The notes beneath the pieces are model-generated. The model saw only the letters and a program-made list of their open reading frames with translations. It had not been told where the DNA came from and searched no databases. Source: Psilocybe cubensis (Eukaryota). Taken from it: a stretch of DNA of 64,000 bases. Shown in pieces: positions 60,168-64,000 of this stretch. Where the stretch lies: NCBI GenBank assembly GCA_017499595.2, contig CM039006.1, positions 2,790,001-2,854,000 on the forward strand, in the 5' to 3' direction. The position numbers and the translations under genes are program-made. The first letter of the stretch is position 1. Every line of letters begins with the position of its first letter.

Positions 60168-63100
60168 AGTCGAGAGGATGAAGTTTGACTGTGACGATTC
60201 ACCTGCTTTGCTGGGGCTTATATACTGAATTTACTCCAGCAGGTTCACTTGTTTGTCATGTCTCCGTCTATACGATGTGAATTTTTTCCCGGCTCTGTTG
60301 GGTCGGAGAAATGAACGCCAAAGCCGTGTTTATGCTCGCTGTAGACAATCTTCTAATTCACTAGAATTTTTGTCTCCAAATAAGTCCATTGACGGTGGTA
60401 AGACCTATCGAAGCGACTTATCTACGCTTAGAGTTTAACAATATGGGTGTAAGGCGTTACCCATTGGGTGCCATTTCCGAGTCTCACTAACAAGCTTGAC
60501 TCTATGCACAAGATATAGAATTGATGTCTTTCTGCATAACACATATATCTAAAAAATGATTATCACCCCCAATCGACCATCTTCCTACATCTTGTGTTAT
60601 TTTTGTTTTTCATGTGCACCATTATCTATCCAGTGAAACTCCATAACACCAACATTTTTGTACACTCTTGGATTCTGGACAAATGACCCCAGTCGTAAAT
60701 CTGCGATGTATACCGGTGCAGAGTTTAGTTGGTGCGAATAAGAGTAGAAAAGTCCACATTGTGAGCAATGTGTGGTGCAAACCTGTTCCTGGTGATCCAG
60801 TCGAGAGTCTCGATCCAGGGTCAAATATGACGCGTAATGAGTATGGTACCCGTGCAGTCCACTTCCTTCAGTTGCCGTTAATCAACCACCGATATCGAAG
60901 ATAAATTTGGTCCCAAAAAAGCTTTTGGCGCGCATGCGGGTGTATAAATAATCATAACAGTCAATCTTTCGCCGTTTGTTGACACTCTGCGCGTTTCGCG
61001 GCCTATCAGTTTACTTTGTGTAGTTCCAAACAGTAGGTAGACCATATGAAGAAATCTCTCACTCTTGTCAATCACACATTTGCCGCTGAGATATGCGTAT
61101 TTAGTGGGGGCCAAGTTTGGATTGGAAGATCAGGAATGAAACCGCCTTGCCCGAATTTGAACCGAACCAACAGAACCCGGTTTCTCTTGAGCCAATCAAC
61201 TGGTAGGTGTCTCGAGAATGTCGAGATTCTGGGATAACTCGAACCAGGATTTTCATCAACCTTTCAGTCTTTTCCAGTCATCATTTGGTTTCTTTTTAAT
61301 GTAATATTGATGTAGCGAGTCTTCTATATGTTGTACACCATATGATATCGATGTTAACTAACTTCTAACACCAGTTAATAAGTATACTACATAATGACAG
61401 AAACTCAGACCTAGTAAATTATAGAACGACTGGAGTGGTTTCTGCAATGGTGAAAAATTGAACATTTTTGGAAGTGGAATTTTCGTTGGCTACAGGTAAC
61501 TGTTTGGCATTAAATTGTGTGATCCCTTTCTTTGTCTCCCAGCTTTCTTCGAATAAAATATTGATTGAGCATAACGGTGTCTTATATAGACCACCAATTC
61601 TGGCTACTTACTGTACGACCTTTTGAGCATCCTCGATTCCCCCGATTGACATATGTAGTAGTGCACTCTCAGATGAATGAGTACTGCCAATACAGTCCTT
61701 ACCGTCAATCGTCAATGCAAAGTATATCATTTCTATTTGTTCTCCACTAGGTCATGGTGCTAGTCACAGCGGAAGGCCTGGATTTTATCTCGCTATATCC
61801 ATGTTCTCTGTTACCAGTTGGCTTTGTCAGACTCAGTTACCTGCGCTTCTTGATGTACTTCTCTGCTCATTAGGTCTGTGGGAATTCAAGTCCAAAACCC
61901 CATATTGTTCCCCTGGCCAGAATCCTTGATACCCGCTCTTACCTTTGGTAACTTTATCTCGTCAAACGTGTCTTCTTGGTTAATTTATGAAAGCTAGTGC
62001 ATCCTGGAGACGCTTTTGTAAATGCGAAAGGGTGGGATTTCTCAATGATGGCATAAAATGGTACATAATTAAACTATTACACAATAATCATGGCTACTTG
62101 AATGCCGAATCGCCAATCCCACTTGTGATTAGCCGCTCTATAGAACGACAAATGCCCAATTCTGCGGAATGTAACATTTCGCTTAACGGATGTAAGTTCC
62201 GTATTCTATTCCCAAGTTAGATGAAAGCAGATAAGCAGCTATAATTTCGCTGGGTAATATCGCTGAATCAAAATTTCCTCGGGATTTACAGATTATTATT
62301 GAAGGTGCAAACATTTATTGATTTGTACAGTGTACAAATCAATAGATGTTTGCTCTGGATAACCCACTGAAGTTACTTGTATGATAAGTCGATTTCTTGG
62401 TCTATTGAAGACCATGGATTATAGTGGTATTAGCTATAAAGGAAGAGAATGTACGCCCAGGGTCTAAGCCTCTGAGGTGGTGCCCTGAGTATGTTAACTC
62501 TGGAATGAATAGGACCCGCATTCTATTTTTAACCTCTCCAGATGGAAATAGATCGAAACAATTTCTTCCCTTCTTCATCGAATACACAACTCGAATCATA
62601 TTTCCAAAGAAGGTATGCAACATGCATATACAATGACCTCAGAATTCACTACGTATCCGCTTTATACCTCCACACTTCCAGCATTACACATATAGTAGCC
62701 AGTCTAATGTAGGTCTGATGTAAGTATCACAGAATTATTGAGGGTAATTTTCCACACCTATCCTTTGACAGTATACATATCAGACAGCCGATAAATTTTG
62801 TATCAGTTTCTAATTGCTTAGAAGCATACAATGGGGACGAACTTCCACGAAAAGAATGAATATGAGTAGAGTAAGAGTAATACTAAGTTTGCGAAGATCT
62901 CATCTCACGGACAGCCTGGTCCTTTTTCAACATTAAGAACATAAATGATTGGGTTAGATATCTACATTTCAGACATTGAAAGTAGTAGAGAATACATTTT
63001 GACTTTAGGAACTGAAGTACTGACCACCAATGACCGGAGCTCTCTGTGAAATCAGCCGCAAATCAAAAGAGTGGTTCTGTCGCCGTTGCGGTCTAGGGCC

Positions 63101-64000
63101 TCAAGCTACAACAAAAATTAAAATTATACATAATTTCATTTGTGTTTGTACGTGAAGATATTTCAAGGTGAGCTAGCTAGCAGTTCAAGCTGTCCTACTG
63201 CATGGTGCCGAGGACGGCTGGCACTGACAGGAAAGCTCCAGTGATTACCTCCGAGTTGTTCTGTCACGTGTACCTGCTGATCAGGACGCGCGCACGTCGC
63301 GTCAGAAAAGTATACCACCCGTGGAGAAAATTGAATCTGGGAAATAGTCAAAAAGATTTAAGATGATATATGGCCATGAATGAAATGGATACAGATTTGT
63401 TATCGAAAAGTAGGATAGAGTAATTAAATGACTAAGCATCGAGTACACCTAAATCTTTGAAATGTTACTATCTTTTAAGTCACATTAACATCTAGAACTC
63501 TGATATCTATACGCATTTCCTAATGAACATAGACTTGCATATTAGATTGGAAGTATTCGATACATAATTCTATGTCTATTTTGTTTCCTTAAATGTAAAC
63601 CATTGCACATCAAATTTTTTCCCAGGAGTGAATTGTGAATGAGTATCTTGGCGTTTGGTAGCCACGTTCCCAATGCGTCATAGTTACTTCTATCATAGAA
63701 CTCTTCCTAATTAAATTATCCGATTACTATATATATATATTTGCATAAATAATACCTTCCTATGATATCTAACACCTCTGGTAGATAGGTGTCGGGTTTA
63801 AACAAAATTGCCACCCTAAGCTGGGTTTCAAGATTAATGCTTAAATATCCCACCAGAGGTACTGAAAATGTACATCAAGATACACTAGACAGCTCCGCCG
63901 ACAGACCTTGGGAGGGCATGAGAGCACAAAGCTATATTGATCCTTTCTCGTGTTAAAATTAGGCAGAAGCAGGGCTGGACATCTTGAAAAGATGAAATAG

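Noticed and set aside
60400..64000. Tailoring genes upstream of the terpene synthase
   Set aside because: Only short ORFs without P450, oxidoreductase or transporter motifs.

Overview
Eukaryotic fungal DNA, most likely an agaric basidiomycete (Agaricomycetes). The basis is the many ~50-bp GT-AG introns, micro-exons and typical agaric gene families. I assembled about 22 spliced genes and one pseudogene by hand; most ORF-track entries are exon fragments or antisense shadows. From left to right: a small double Cys/His (putative zinc) protein, a probable mitochondrial protein, a PLAC8 protein, a Ser/Pro-rich protein, an F-box protein, an SDR, an ammonium transporter, a DUF6533-type membrane protein and an MFS transporter. 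A duplication-rich block follows (29-47 kb) with four HsbA-family secreted proteins, an MFS pseudogene, an HpcH/HpaI aldolase, three tandem acetoin-reductase-type SDRs and a PPxY membrane protein. After it come a compound inverted-repeat transposon relic, cystathionine gamma-lyase, a second inverted ammonium transporter with an altered C-terminal motif, TRM44 and a sesquiterpene synthase. I found no rRNA, tRNA or CRISPR. The best candidate for an undescribed system is the HsbA/aldolase/SDR/MFS block, but its co-function is inference only. All family calls come from motif recognition; no database search was run.
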